Positions 39,393-55,015 of a DNA stretch of 64,000 nucleotides are shown piece after piece (the stretch's first letter is position 1; every line of letters begins with the position of its first letter). Both the position numbers and the translations under genes were made by a program. The notes beneath the pieces were generated by a model. That model saw only the letters and a program-made list of their open reading frames with translations. It did not search any database and was not told the origin of the DNA. This stretch comes from Eledone cirrhosa (lineage: Eukaryota): the NCBI GenBank assembly GCA_964016885.1, contig OZ024747.1, forward strand, positions 76,260,001 through 76,324,000, read 5' to 3'.

Positions 39393-40004
39393 ATATATAT
39401 GTATATATATATATATATATAATTATTAATACAATAACAGAGATAGTTTAAAGCTAATCTCTGACTGGTAACCATCTCACTCAACAAACATTAGGTTATA
39501 TTTTAATATAAACCCAATTTAAGTGTTTGGGGTGCTAACAATATGTATTATGTGGAAAAGCCAGTTGTATTATTTTATGAGATATAATTAAAGTTAAAAT
39601 ATATCTCTCTTTCATTATAAGTTTTCTACAAATTCGGAGAATATTTCCAGTTTATGTAGAAGCCTAATATACATTCATGTAAGAATATATTTAGGTGGGT
39701 GCTTATAAATCATCAGTGGAAACCCATTAAACTTTGATATAAGAAAAACATTTTTCTTACCGCAGTTAAAAATCGTGTCTCTTAAGTTGCTCCTTCCCGC
39801 ATCGAATGACCGGCAAATTTGAAATTCCAGCAGTTTTTGACTAAGGAAGTATTATAGCGTCACTAAGCGGGAAGAGGAGACAACTACGATCCACGAAAGG
39901 AGGAAAAAAATAATATACACGCGGGTTAACCAGTTTTTTCGGAAACATTATCAATCCAACGTGTTAAGAACTCAATTGAAATAAAAAAAATAAATATATG
40001 CGTG

Positions 40005-40066
<62 letters not shown>

Positions 40067-40268
40067 CACGTATATGTATACACACAAACATACACAAACC
40101 ACACACACGCGCGCGCACACACACACACATATATATATATATATACACATATATATACACATACATTTATATGATGATGGTGGTGATGCTGATGATGGTG
40201 ATGGTGTTGGTGATGATGGGGCGCATATGCTGGTAGAATGGATAAAACAGATTTGGTTACGATGATTT

Positions 40269-40336
<68 letters not shown>
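40269..40336. repeat. (TAG)n microsatellite
   Basis: Seen directly. Confidence 0.95.
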
Positions 40337-41199
40337 ACAGTTTAAAACGATGAAATTGTTAATTTTCTAGAGTGATTTCATTTTGTTAATTGTCGTCTTA
40401 TTCCGGATGGGTCATCTGGCTTTCTACTGATCACCAGTTAAGACATGCACCACTAACCTTGTTTTACATCTCCCCACCTTCTCTATGTACAAGAAATGAA
40501 ACAGTCAATCCCATAATTAATTTGAATGAGAAGAGTTGACTTCTAAAATCCAAACTCTCTTCAAAGAAATATCACCATTAAAACGAAACAAGCAAAAATG
40601 AAAATAAAAACTATTTTTTCCTTTCTATGAAGAGTTAAATATTTTGACGTGAAATCAAAAACAAAAAACAGAAAAAAAAACAAGCAAAACAAATATTTAA
40701 ACACTTTCACTTTCTCAGCAGATTAAACTTCTCAATAGCTCTAAACCTCTTTCAAGCTAGAGAGACTTTTCAACGAATTGAATTGATACATAAGGATCGA
40801 AAATTTAGTACTTAATCTGTTCAATGCCTACTGTCGAACCAAGCTGAGAAATATCTGTTTATAAAAGAGATACAATTTTAAAGAAAGCTAAGACTATTTA
40901 TTTGGATAAATACAATTCTATAATACGCTGTCTTCGATGTGCTTTCAACACACAATCATTACCAGATTATATTGAAACAGTTGGTCTTTTAAGTCAGCTA
41001 TAGTGAAAAATATCAAACCAATTGATGTAGTTAGTGCTATTTCAAGACACATTGAAATACTACTAACTACCTGATATCAACTGTCTAGAGACTTCTTAAA
41101 ATCTGTCTGCAATAAATCCTGTTAATTCGGGCTAAATTTATTTGTTGAATTCTATCTGAAGAGGAAATAATTGTATGCTATTTCCATAGGGGGGTGGGG

Positions 41200-41505
41200 G
41201 GGGGGCGAATTGACAGAGACGTTCGATCGTCGAATAGAGTGCTTTCTGGTATATATTTCAGCTCTCTGCTGCCTGAATTCAAATCCCGCTGAAGTCAACT
41301 TTTCCCTTCATTCATTCAAAGTCGATAAAAATGAGCCAGTTTATTCTCTTTCTCACTACCTTTCTTTCACCCACTCTCTATCCTTCTCTGGAAGAAATTT
41401 ACTGCATTCAGACCTGAAAAGGAGATGGTCTCCGCCGTGTTTGAAACACCACATGTCAATGCGGCTCCCATACCAATCCCTCTGATGTTACCGGATAATA
41501 GATCT
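41200..41505 (+). mobile_element. SINE family A, long-tail type, diverged
   Basis: ggcgaattgacagagacgtt head, gaattcaaatccc, core gtcgataaaaatgagccag, tail ttctctggaagaaattt. Confidence 0.65.
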
Positions 41506-41571
41506 TACCCCCGCCTTGCATAGGACAATATGTGGTATGACCACACACACACGCACACGCACACACACACG

Positions 41572-41645
<74 letters not shown>

Positions 41646-42869
41646 ATTGTTTCTAATGGAACAGCCGAACGTCATCGTAAATATGATACGATTTACTAAA
41701 TATATATAACCCAAGGATCAATCCAACTTTCTTTTATTTAAACTTGCCACTGATATCACTTCCATGTGTCAAATGGGAGAAGAATATATGTATATATAAA
41801 TGTATATATATATATATATTTCTATCTGTTTATTTCTCTCTTTCTTTATCAAACTATATTTTGACATATGCATTTACATTTTTTTTTAAATCCAGCAAAA
41901 ATATTTTCATATTTTTTTCAGATTTAGCGTTTTATTCGATGTTTTTTAATATATATATGTGTGTGTGTGTGTATATATGCTAAAATTTATGTATATCTTA
42001 TAGACCTGTTGATTTCAGTTAAAGAAAATAAGCATTTTCAATCTTCGAAAATTGGAAACACCTACTTATCAAATATACATGAACGATGAATCAAAACTAT
42101 GTGCCAAAAGCGGTTTTTGAGGTGTATAATATATTATCTTCTTGGATGTGTCAAGATATTCCTTCTTCCCAGAGGACTACCATAATAACTATCATGGAAG
42201 ATCAAATGAATAATATTCGGAATATATCTGAATAATATATTCAATAATCTTATTTACATAACATGTACAGAAATACATGTAATAAAGTGAATCTTCCGAA
42301 TACTAGAATGTTCTTATATACATAACATATTATAGTACTGATAGAGGGCAAAAAGGGAATACGGAAAATGAAAATCTAAAATAAAAATGATTATTTTCTA
42401 TGAGCCAGGAATGGTAGAAATAATTCTGAATGTAGCTAGACATGTTCAAATGAGATATACCACTCCACAATGGGTCTCGCTCAAATTACAAGCTCAAATG
42501 CTTCTGTTATAGAACTTGACACATGTAAAATATAAAATTAATGCTAATAAGCTAACACATGACACCAAGTGATACTTTTTGTAGGGATAATCATCCAATT
42601 CACTAACAACTATTTGAAACAGATAAATTTGCTTCAAACATGCAGCCTTCTCTAATTGTAGAATCTCTTGGTTTCATAGTCGTTACGGGACTGTCTTTTA
42701 AGTTAACCCTTTGCTGATAATTATTTTCTTTCAGCTGAGTGGATTGGAGCAATGTCAAATTAAATATATTTCCCAGGCACACAATGCCGCCACACAGACC
42801 GATATAAGACCCAATAACTGACAAGTTGATTGTCAGCCCAAAGGCTAAGCCTTAAGCCAAGCGCCTTTA

Positions 42870-43060
42870 CTTCTTCATTGCGATCACAGTCGAACATCTC
42901 TCTAAAATTCGTGATTTTCCATTGGTCCTGGCAACTGCTCCCTTCTGATGTTTGTATTGACTGAGAGTTGATCGATGAGGGTTCGAGCAGGTCTTCCTCT
43001 ACTGCGTCTCCCTTGAGTTGCTTCCCAGAATTGTATTAGAACTTCTTACTTATTTTGGCT
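42870..43060 (-). pseudogene. RTE LINE 3' end fragment
   Basis: Minus translation FWEATQGRRSRGRPARTLIDQLSVNT aligns with LWEPLHGHTRRGRPRLTYVDALRTDT of the intact ORF. Confidence 0.7.
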
Positions 43061-45719
43061 AAAAACAGAACCCTTCTTTATATTATAGAATGGAAGATAC
43101 TACTAAGATGATCTGTCCAGAATCTCTACATGAACAAGGATTCTTCAAATAATGAATTTATAATCCAAGGTGTTAGAGTGGAAACGCTTGGTTTTTAACG
43201 GCGTTTTTGCAGGTGTTTCATGGAGACTGTTTATGTATTTAATGAACAGCTTTTTTTTTTACCAGAGAATGGAAAGATCTATAACTAAACTGAACTAAAT
43301 GTTTATGAGCAACTCATCCAATGACTATGAATCTTTGAAAACAGAACTACAATGATGTTATTTGCCATTAAATTTGACTGTGACATCCTGTAATGTCTTT
43401 CTTATAGTTAATATTGAAATTGTAATCTGACATGAAGATAATATATTATAGTTCTTAGTTGCTTCATTAAAATCAATTTCGATGGGTCTGTTATCCAACT
43501 TCGCACATTTTATAACAGATGTTAATTTTCCGATTTTATATATAATTGTTGAAAATATTTTAAAGCGTCTTCTATTGAAATTTATTGTCAACATGCACTT
43601 GCTTATCTGCTAATACAAAAAATCAAATGTTAAAACCGAAGACATTTGTGAGATATTGAAAGGATTGTGGTTATATCAATAATTATATTCCACACCTGTT
43701 TCCATTAGATATTATTTTGTAAATAGTTGATTGATAATTATTGCATACAGTTCAGCAGAAAATTGTATTTCTTACATATTCATATATTCCTCAACACATG
43801 ATATGAGAGAGGCTGCTTAATTCTCAGAATTATTTATTATAAATTCATAATTCTGTAATCTTTTTCGTTTCAATTTGATGGTTGTATTGTCCGTATAGTT
43901 AATATTGTTTATATAGTTATTTTAGGTTATATAAATTAATTCTGATTGAGCAGGCATATGATGAAAGACATAATATATTTCGAATTTAGCCTCCTAAATA
44001 CATAATCATAGATACAAGAACTATTCTAAAGACGATGAGATTTAATTAGAATGAAGTTGGCTACAATTTCCACGTTTCCCCATATATTTCGAAGAAAACT
44101 AAAGCTATTTCACTAAATACAACTGGCAGGTGACCCAGAAGTAGATCACGGACAAGATGGTTGGATGTGTAGTTTTTTTATTGACAGCTGGAAACTTGGA
44201 AACTATAAAAATATATCCCTCCCCCCTCTCTCAATATATATATAATAATAAGTTGACGGGACTAGCATAAGGTTTCCCTGCTAGTACCGGTTGCATCTCA
44301 ACGTACTCAATAGGTAAGGTTATGTAAACATCCTAGAGTAGACACAAATTTATTTGCCTCAATACAACACACGTAAATAGGTACCATAAATATTTACCCG
44401 TACTCTAGTTTCCGCCACACTTAATGCAATAAGAGAGCCTACAGCATCTATTGTCTGCATTTATTATGCAATAATCGACGCATGTGGCTTCATCAGCAGG
44501 TCTCGCCTAAAAGGACTGTAAGCAAGTATACACAACTGTAAATAAATAATTTTGAATGAGGAGTATATGGGGCAAAGAAGAATGGGTAGGAACGGAACAT
44601 TGACCTGATGTGTAAGTTGGACGGTAAAAGACATGAAAGTTAAAGACTTATCACGGGCTTTTCCAAGGACACATGATTAGAACACAACTCAATAAAACAA
44701 AAATTGACAGGAAGCAGCAACATAGAAAATGTCGATATAGATGAAAGTATGAATTATTTAATGTGCAAATATAGTTCTAGGAAGATGGTATAAAATTTAT
44801 TAGGATAGAAAGATTTGACAGGCAAAGTGAAAAAATATACAATAGAAGGTGAGAATGAAGTTTGAATCGGATATAGAGGAAATATGATACCATCATAAGT
44901 CAAAAGAGGCTATAGCAAATGACTAGTGTAAAACCTTCGGGGACACATTAAGGGATGGGAGGGGTTATATATGATAATAAAATTTGTTTTAGTGGAATAT
45001 ATAAGATTGTAAGAGGAAAAAGAGTATGGAGATAGCAATTTTTAAATAATTTGAAATTACCATTGCTTAGTAAAAGAAAGGATTCTTTCTTAATTTTACG
45101 TGGAAAATATACCGCCTTTGTCACATGAACACGAAGAACATTTGTATTGAGCAGTGTTAAAATTATTATTGAAATTATTATTGAAACTGTTAGTACTAGG
45201 TCAGTGGATTGGTAGTATCTTTAGATCGTTGGATAACTTTATGTGCATTACATTGTTATATCCCTTTACGTTGAGAGTTCAAATACGGCCGAGGTTACCT
45301 TTACCTTTTATCCTTATGGGGCTGATAAAATATATTATTAGTAACTCACTTTTTCGAAGCCCAGTCAGGCACTTGTAGGAGTGAGTGGAGGCTTATAATG
45401 AGTTGAGTAGTGTGGTTTACTTCTGCAGTGGTATAAAATAATTGTTTCTACTTTAGGCACAAGGCCAGCAATTACCCAATGCATTACTAGTACTTTATTT
45501 TATCGACCTCGTTAATTCCTAATACATTTGTTATTCCAATTGTAAATTTCAGCTTTAGTATAATAAATTGGAAGTTACGTTTACTGAAGAGTTGCACTGA
45601 AAGAAATCATCAGCGAATAATTTTCAAACAATAATTTGTTTCATTATGTATGGATGTATGTAGGAATGTATGTGGTGCAGAGTGAAATCCCACGTTGCTG
45701 CTGGTACTAATTTTGAACT

Positions 45720-45836
45720 GATCAGCTGAGTATACTGGAGCAACTTGAAGTGTTTTGCTCCAGAACGTAACACACAACCAAGTCCAGGAATCGAGCCTAC
45801 GATATTATGACTGTACGCCCCACACACATACCACTA
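45720..45836 (-). mobile_element. SINE family B fragment
   Basis: cagctgagtatactggagcaac...ggaatcgagcc. Confidence 0.6.
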
Positions 45837-46206
45837 TAATACATATTTTTACATAAAGGTTGTGATGATCATGACCAAAATGATTTTTGATCGCAGACAT
45901 GATTAGACAGGTGTTTAAAAACAATGATTTAATGAAGGAGTACATCTGTGGTCAGTTGACCTACCTAAGCAAACTGCTTACTCAGCTACAATTCACTCTC
46001 CTTTCACCTTAATAAATCAATGACATATTGGACAAGGAAGCACTCTATAAACATAAAACGAGTGAAGGAACGCAAGCCATCGGATGACTGATCGATCAAG
46101 CATGATATATTTCGAAAAATAAAAGCGACAAAACATTTACTGATGATTAAGAAGTATCTCGCCACTCACTGTCCATTTCATGTAATAATTCTACAACATT
46201 TATCTA

Positions 46207-47122
<916 letters not shown>

Positions 47123-47363
47123 GTACATATCACTTTAAAATATCATCAAACGTTATGGTTGATATGTTGTGAGATGCTATCTAAAAAGAATAAATAACCA
47201 TTTTTGTAGCACGTTAATCGACCTAGCAAATATTTGGTGAGGAAATTAGGAAATGTTTTTATTGAACTTGACTTTATTAGTTTTATATAGATAAATTATT
47301 ATACATTGCCTACTGAAGACACTTTATATTAATACAAACACAAATATATACAGAGGTTTGGCA

Positions 47364-47415
<52 letters not shown>

Positions 47416-47544
47416 TGATATATATATATTATTATATATATATATATATGAATATATATTTTATATATATATATATGATATATAAATTATATATGTATAT
47501 ATATATACATATATATATATAATAAGGAACGTTCGACTTTCGTC

Positions 47545-47743
47545 AAATCGGACCGAGGAAACAATGTTTCCATTGGTCTTTCCAATTGCTAATACTATCT
47601 ATCGGTCGCAACTCCAGGTAGAAGGACCAACGTGAAATAAAGTGTCTTGCTCAAGGATATCACGCATCGCCTGGTCTGGGAATCCAACTCACAACCTGAC
47701 GATTGCGAATCCAATTCTCTAACCGCTCGCTCAGCCACACGCC
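47545..47743 (-). mobile_element. SINE family B
   Basis: caacgtgaaataaagtgtcttgctcaagga core; segment 47545-47620 also matches 6747-6828. Confidence 0.65.
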
Positions 47744-47757
47744 ATCACATATATATA

Positions 47758-47884
<127 letters not shown>

Positions 47885-49000
47885 CAATTACAGAATTACG
47901 CACACACCCAAGCGTGTATGTCATTGTTTATTCATTTTTGTTGTTGTTATTTTTGCAATTAAGCAGGTGTTGCGATACCTATGTTTCCGTGTGTATACCT
48001 ATATTAAATGAAAGCGTATATAAACACTAAGCTCACATAAGCCTAATGGTATGTACATTTATAAACACCTTCAGCACATCTCCACACTTCAATGCTCATG
48101 AACTGATCACCTTCATAAATAGAGATTTAACTTAGTGTGAAATGTATGTGGTTTTAGTAAATACAAATTTAACCAAGCTGGAAAAATCAGACACTTTTGT
48201 GAAGCAACGTGTCTTTTCTCTCTAGTCCAAAAAGTTGAGATTGGCTTGACAAGTTTCAGCCGTTATTCCTCGTTTCATCAGATATATAAATTTCATTTTT
48301 CTGACTTCGAAGAAAATAGTTGTTTAGAGACAATTATAATGTAGATATGTACAAAATAGATCTCCCTGAATTTACAAAACAGTTCAAGCGTTGGCATCAT
48401 ATATTAATATAACCCTAAACAACGTCGTTTTATTATAGTCATATAACTTAGTTATATAATTTGGGCACGTGGCTCTGCATGTGTATTTTTTTCTTTTGTG
48501 GGGGGTAAAATCTCATGTATACCCTCTCTGTAAACAGCAAAGACTATAATATAAATACTTCTACCTCTAACGTACATAAATTAAGTAATGTCATCTAAGG
48601 AATCATTCATTAATTCTGCAGTGTTACCACTGTATACAGACATGAATTATATTATATCTACTTTCGAGCAGTTGATGTCAGAATCGGATTAAACTACTAG
48701 TAAACGTACCATTTCCTGCGGGCCCGCATTTTCAGGTCCCTGCACTAGGTTCTTTATATTATTCTGCTTTTTTTATTTTATATCCTATTTAAAAACATTT
48801 TTAGAACCATGTTATATGTACCCAGAGGCGTAACTAGGAAAAATGTGGCAAAGCAGTAAATTTGTACCCCTGTCCAACCATCAGATACCCATCTTCCACA
48901 CATAGGAAACATAAAACTAATGATGAACTTTATGGCAATTAACGATGATGTCCCAATATACCACCAATCATAACTATGATGTCCCAATCTATCACAAATA

Positions 49001-49310
49001 ACATATATTTCAACAGTTAGCCTTGGAAATGGTTGGGTCTATTAGGCTTAAAATACCCAAGAAACACCGTATGTCAATACGCCACTCCACAATTATATCA
49101 GGAGGTACGGCACCATACCTTACCAATCTCAGCAATCAAATGTCTTTTATATAAAACAATCTTCAATAGGAGGAAAAGACAAAATATTGTGTACATATTT
49201 CAACAGTTAGGCCTGAAGATGGTTGTGTCCGCCAGCCTTAAACTGTCCAAGAAACGCCGTATGACAATACGGCACCCTACAACTATATCAGGAGTTAGGT
49301 ACCATACCAT
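49001..49310 (+). repeat. diverged tandem repeat, period 190 bp, with hammerhead-like remnant
   Basis: caacagttag at 49011 and 49201; ccaagaaac.ccgtatg.caatacg in both copies; second copy has ctgaagatgg. Confidence 0.65.
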
Positions 49311-49549
49311 ACTAATACTACTTCAACACTCATTTATCTTTAACTTGAAAGTTATCCGAACCAATACAACTATACAAACAGAATCAAATATATATATAGT
49401 ATGTACTTTTATACACATAACTTCTTACACGTAATAATCCATTCATACATACATGTTACTGAATATCATTAACGCCTTTTGGTGCTCGAGTTAGATCACA
49501 AGCTACGTTGCCATACATACTCACTCCTACCGCCCATTACCCTCTCTGG

Positions 49550-49630
<81 letters not shown>

Positions 49631-49632
49631 TG

Positions 49633-49665
<33 letters not shown>

Positions 49666-49669
49666 CGTG

Positions 49670-49782
<113 letters not shown>

Positions 49783-49801
49783 CTACACACACACCTCTGT
49801 G

Positions 49802-49924
<123 letters not shown>

Positions 49925-49943
49925 CTACACACACACCTCTGTG

Positions 49944-49975
<32 letters not shown>

Positions 49976-50187
49976 GTCTGTGTGTGTTTCTGTTTGTGTA
50001 TATATATAAGTAGATGTATGGAATCTGCCACAGATGTGTGAAGAAATAAAAGATTTCCAGTCTGCTTTATATTCCGTTCTCTGTGTTCAGTTATTCATTG
50101 ATTAAATATATATATATAGGGAAGTGATTAAATCACTCTTCCACCATATACAACATATCAGTTTTCTCAATCACCCTGTTTATTAAC

Positions 50188-50248
<61 letters not shown>

Positions 50249-50271
50249 TCCCCCCCCTCTCTCACTCGCAT

Positions 50272-50319
<48 letters not shown>

Positions 50320-50474
50320 CCCTCTCTCTTCCTCCCCTCTCTCTCTCTCCCTCTCTCTCTCTGTGGCTGTTGTTGCTTGTCTTGGTGTCACGGCGGTGCA
50401 TTTTGATAACGACACCCTCACCACCGTCTTTTGCTGATAATTCCTTGTAATACTACTACCAACACAACCAATAA

Positions 50475-50523
<49 letters not shown>

Positions 50524-51628
50524 GCTGCTGCTACTACTACTACTATAGAATTTACCTTTAATTGGGGTTATATTTATCTATACTATATCAGATTGTTTTA
50601 ATTAATATTTGGTAATGGCAAAGTTCCAACAACTTGTAAATATATAATTATTTAGATTTAGGAAATGTTCGTGTTTATGACCATATTTGCAGACATGTCT
50701 TGAAAAGGATTGTACCGAAGACAATCGTATATTGTTTTCTATGTACATTAGGTAATATTAGATAGTGATTAGGCAGAGTTATTATGACATAGATGCACGT
50801 GGCCTAGTGGTAAAATTGTTAGACCTACGATTCTAATGTAGTGGTTCGATTCCTGAACTGGGCTGTGTGTTGTGTTCTTATTTTTATAACACCTATTGTT
50901 CCAATTCTCATTGCTACTGTTTCTACTTTCATATAATACATTTCTGTCAGAAAAGATTGTGGCGCTACCAATGTGCGTTCCAATCCTTGGTTATTATATC
51001 TGGATGCTTTACCATGAGCTTGTCAATTGGGATAGACATAAGCCAGAATATTATTACCAAGATGTTAGCATAGGTTTATAACACTTATTGTTTATTTTCT
51101 TATCGAAATGTTGGCATAATCCACACAATGATAACATCTGTGAATATATTCTGATTTCGCAAGTACAGGGCAGATGTAGATGTTGCTTTCAAACTCCTCA
51201 TTGTGCTGACTGTACAGACAGCATTTGCTGTTAGTGGCTGCTTCTATTATTTACGGTCTGAGTTCAAATCCCGCCAAGGTTATCTTTGCCTTTCATCAAT
51301 TGATTAATTGTCCTAACAATTAACAATAACTTTCCAAGACCTTCACAGTCCCATCCTCAGATTAAAAATACATGTAGTTGTAGTCTGTTTTTCACATGAT
51401 TTGCGTTGGTCACAAAGTACCAAGAAATATTGAATGTTAAAATACTGGAAGTATGTATAATTAATTTCACGTATGCCCTATTTGTGTGTATATTACTGTA
51501 TTTATATTTTGATTATTAGTAAACACTAATTTTCGTTCCAGCCGTGTATCCGTGTATCACTGGACATCACACCTCTCAAGTGTGTCTGTGCATGCTGGTG
51601 TGTGTGCGCCTGTGTCTATGTATGTCGT

Positions 51629-51681
<53 letters not shown>

Positions 51682-51685
51682 TATT

Positions 51686-51893
51686 TGTTTTGAAAGTTTT
51701 TTTTTATATGAAATCATGTGTCTAAACAAATATTGTTATACTTGAGGAGGGTCATAATGTTGTAATAATATTGCCAGAAATAATAACAGAATACACTCAC
51801 TGTTTGGTTGCTTTTCGCTTCTGTATCTTTTATATCTCCATAGTTAATTTATTTGGCAATCAATGTTTATCATTGATTGACCAACGGTTAAAA

Positions 51894-51930
<37 letters not shown>

Positions 51931-51990
51931 ATCAAAGTTCTTTCGTTGCACATGTGCAACATGCAATATCATCAGTGGTACTATTATATT
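51686..51990 (-). mobile_element. ~290-bp dispersed repeat with hammerhead motif (copy 2)
   Basis: Minus strand tacca-ctgatga-tattgcat-gttgcacatgtgcaac-gaaagaactttgatagac; body matches 11617-11910. Confidence 0.75.
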
Positions 51991-51996
51991 CCCTAA

Positions 51997-52256
51997 GCAT
52001 GGCTTAGTGGTTAGAGCATTGGGCTTGCAATCGAAAGGTTGTGAGTTCAATTCTCGGACCGGGTGATGTGTTGTTTCCTTGAGCAAGACACTTTATTTCA
52101 CGTTGCTCCAGTTTACTCAGCTGTAGAAAAGAGTCCCGGCCTGCCCGCCCAGCCAGTGGGATGGCGTTATCTTATGGCTAAAACAGCACGACGTGATGTG
52201 ACCAGCGGCGCCGATTGGCGCCTGACAGACTGGTCTGTCAAGGTGATCAAGGTGAT
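51997..52256 (+). mobile_element. tRNA-derived SINE family B (CORE-like), full length
   Basis: A-box tggcttagtgg, B-box gagttcaattctc, core tccttgagcaagacacttta, short terminal repeat caaggtgat twice. Confidence 0.8.
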
Positions 52257-52844
52257 ATATATATATATATATACATATACAGTTAGTTTATTAACTGAAT
52301 ACGAACTGTCAACCTCTAGGGAAAATAACTAAATGATATGCGTGAACCACAATCTGAGGTTACTATTTTGCTCTGCTATCATACATCATAATGCCATAAT
52401 GCTCACATGATGCCGCAAAAGAAATTAATAGTTTTTAAAATTGCTGGGATAGCTGCTGAAAATATGAATTATGCTCTCTACATAATCTAAACAACCATGA
52501 TAATTTTCTGGCATAACTGCGACATAGAGGCACCGCGATATATTTGTTTGTGTTTGTTTTTTAATGTAATGTATAATTGTTCTCTCAAAATCCTGAAATG
52601 CAAAAGCCCATTCATACTAAGAAATCCAACATGAGAATGACTATATTTATGTAACAATGTAGTTTTCAAAATGCAAGAAAAATCCATAAACTCCTGGTAT
52701 AAATGGCTGCTAAATTGGAAGCACACTTCTCGAGTGTCGTTTTATATTTCTTTTCCTTCTTTTAGATTTTCGACATCCTTTTGCAAGAGGCCAGGTTTCT
52801 AACACGCAAGCACACGGAATATTTAACACCCAATACACTTGTAT

Positions 52845-52945
52845 ACATATATGTATATACATTATATATATATATATATATAATATATAAACTATATATA
52901 TATATATATATATAATATATATTATATATATATATATATATATAA

Positions 52946-53023
<78 letters not shown>

Positions 53024-53113
53024 TTATATATATATATATATATATAATATATATTATATATATATATATATATATACTATATATATATATATATATATAT
53101 ATACTATATATAT

Positions 53114-53196
<83 letters not shown>

Positions 53197-53223
53197 TATA
53201 ATATATATATAATATATATATAT

Positions 53224-53312
<89 letters not shown>

Positions 53313-53370
53313 TATATATATATATAGTTTATATATTATATATATATATATATATATAGATATATATAGA
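52845..53370. repeat. long degenerate (TA)n block
   Basis: Seen directly. Confidence 0.9.
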
Positions 53371-53475
53371 TGTACATGTGGACATACATAGAGATGCATA
53401 TATTTATATATACATACTTACACACGCATACACAAACATATATAATATAACCAGAATATCGGCATACTTCTATTT

Positions 53476-53534
<59 letters not shown>

Positions 53535-54329
53535 CATACATGTGCGTGTGTGCCTCTTTGTCTACTTATCTCTGTGTACATACTGAAACACATTATAGGA
53601 AATAAAGAAAGATAAGGGGTAAAAATTAAGATTTCGATGACAAATTTAAAGCTATTATAGCTTCGCACTCTAAAAGAAAAACAACAAAATTAAATGGCAA
53701 TGCCATTAGTACTGCCACTAAAATTATCACTACAATAACAACAACAAGAACTATCTACAAAAACAATATAAATAACAAGCCGCACGGTATATACAATTGT
53801 AAATACAATCGCACTTTCTGCCTTATAAAAACACCAATTTTATATCATAAATATAACAATTAGAATTAAAATACTCTTATATTATATGCTATAAAATCAT
53901 TCCGGTGAAAAATCGCTAATGTATATCTTATTATACCGTACGTTTACATACCTATACAGAAGTTGTTAACACCGTGAAAATTGTATGATTAAACACTACT
54001 TTTAAGAGCAAAGCGTTACAAGCGTGGTCACGTAATTTTAAAACTACTAGATATTTAGTAGCAGGTATTTAAATAAATGTACCACAAATAAGTAATTTTT
54101 AAAGAAATTATGTAATATTTCCGAACTTTCTAATCCAGAAATTCATTCAACAGAAACAGTATATATATATATTTTTTTGTTAATGCTTAAATGTAAAATA
54201 TATTCTAGTATACAGAATTGCATAAATAGTAAAAACTTTCAAATCTGTAGAGGACAGAGTTTGTCAAGATATATGATAAACTACACAGACAGACATGCAC
54301 CGATCAAACCCACACGCTCACGATGTTAG

Positions 54330-55015
54330 TAAGCGTTTCTGATTTAGGCACAAGGCCAACAATTTTGGGGGTGATAAAAGTCGATTAAGGTGACCCAGTG
54401 TGTTATTGGTATCTTATTTTATCAACCCCGTACGGATGAAAGGGTTACCTCGGCAGGACTTGAACTTAGACCCTAAAAAGCCGTAACTCTATGCCTCAAA
54501 TCATGTTGTCTGACGCTCTTCCGATCCTGCCAATCCACTGCCCTTCACTTGATGTTAATAATTGTTTCTACTTTAGGCACAGGGCCAGCAATTATCCAGT
54601 ACATTACTGGTACTTTATTTTATCGACCCCGTAAGGATGAAAGACAAAGTTAACCTTGGCGGGATTTGAACTCAGACCGTAAAGGGACGTAACTATGCTA
54701 GAAAGCATGGCGTCCAACCCTCTACCGATACTGCCAATAATGTGGAGGTGTGAATAAAACATCAACAATGTATATTAATTTCTAATCTAGGCACAAGACC
54801 AGCAAATCCTAACTTGTTTCATACATTATTCTATTGGCTCTGAAAGGGGAAGATCGATTAAATCGTTTCCAGTGTCTTACTGGTACTTTATATTATCGAC
54901 CCCGTAAGGATGAAAGACAAAGCTACCCTCGTTGGAATTAGAACTCAGAATGTAATAATCCTAAACGCATACCGCAATGCCATTTTATCCGATGGTCTTA
55001 CAATTCTGTCAAACA
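54330..55015 (-). mobile_element. three tandem SINE family A copies (about 54330-54541, 54556-54737, 54776-55015)
   Basis: Each has an aggcaca tail, an accccgta.ggatgaaag core and a gaact.ag B-box. Confidence 0.8.

Noticed and set aside
39785-39885. Short inverted repeat agttgctccttcccgc / gcgggaagaggagacaact
   Set aside because: Arms are short and gapped, and it is single copy; could be a small MITE or chance
51997-52070. tRNA gene
   Set aside because: A and B boxes run into a SINE core with no clean acceptor stem, so it is a SINE head
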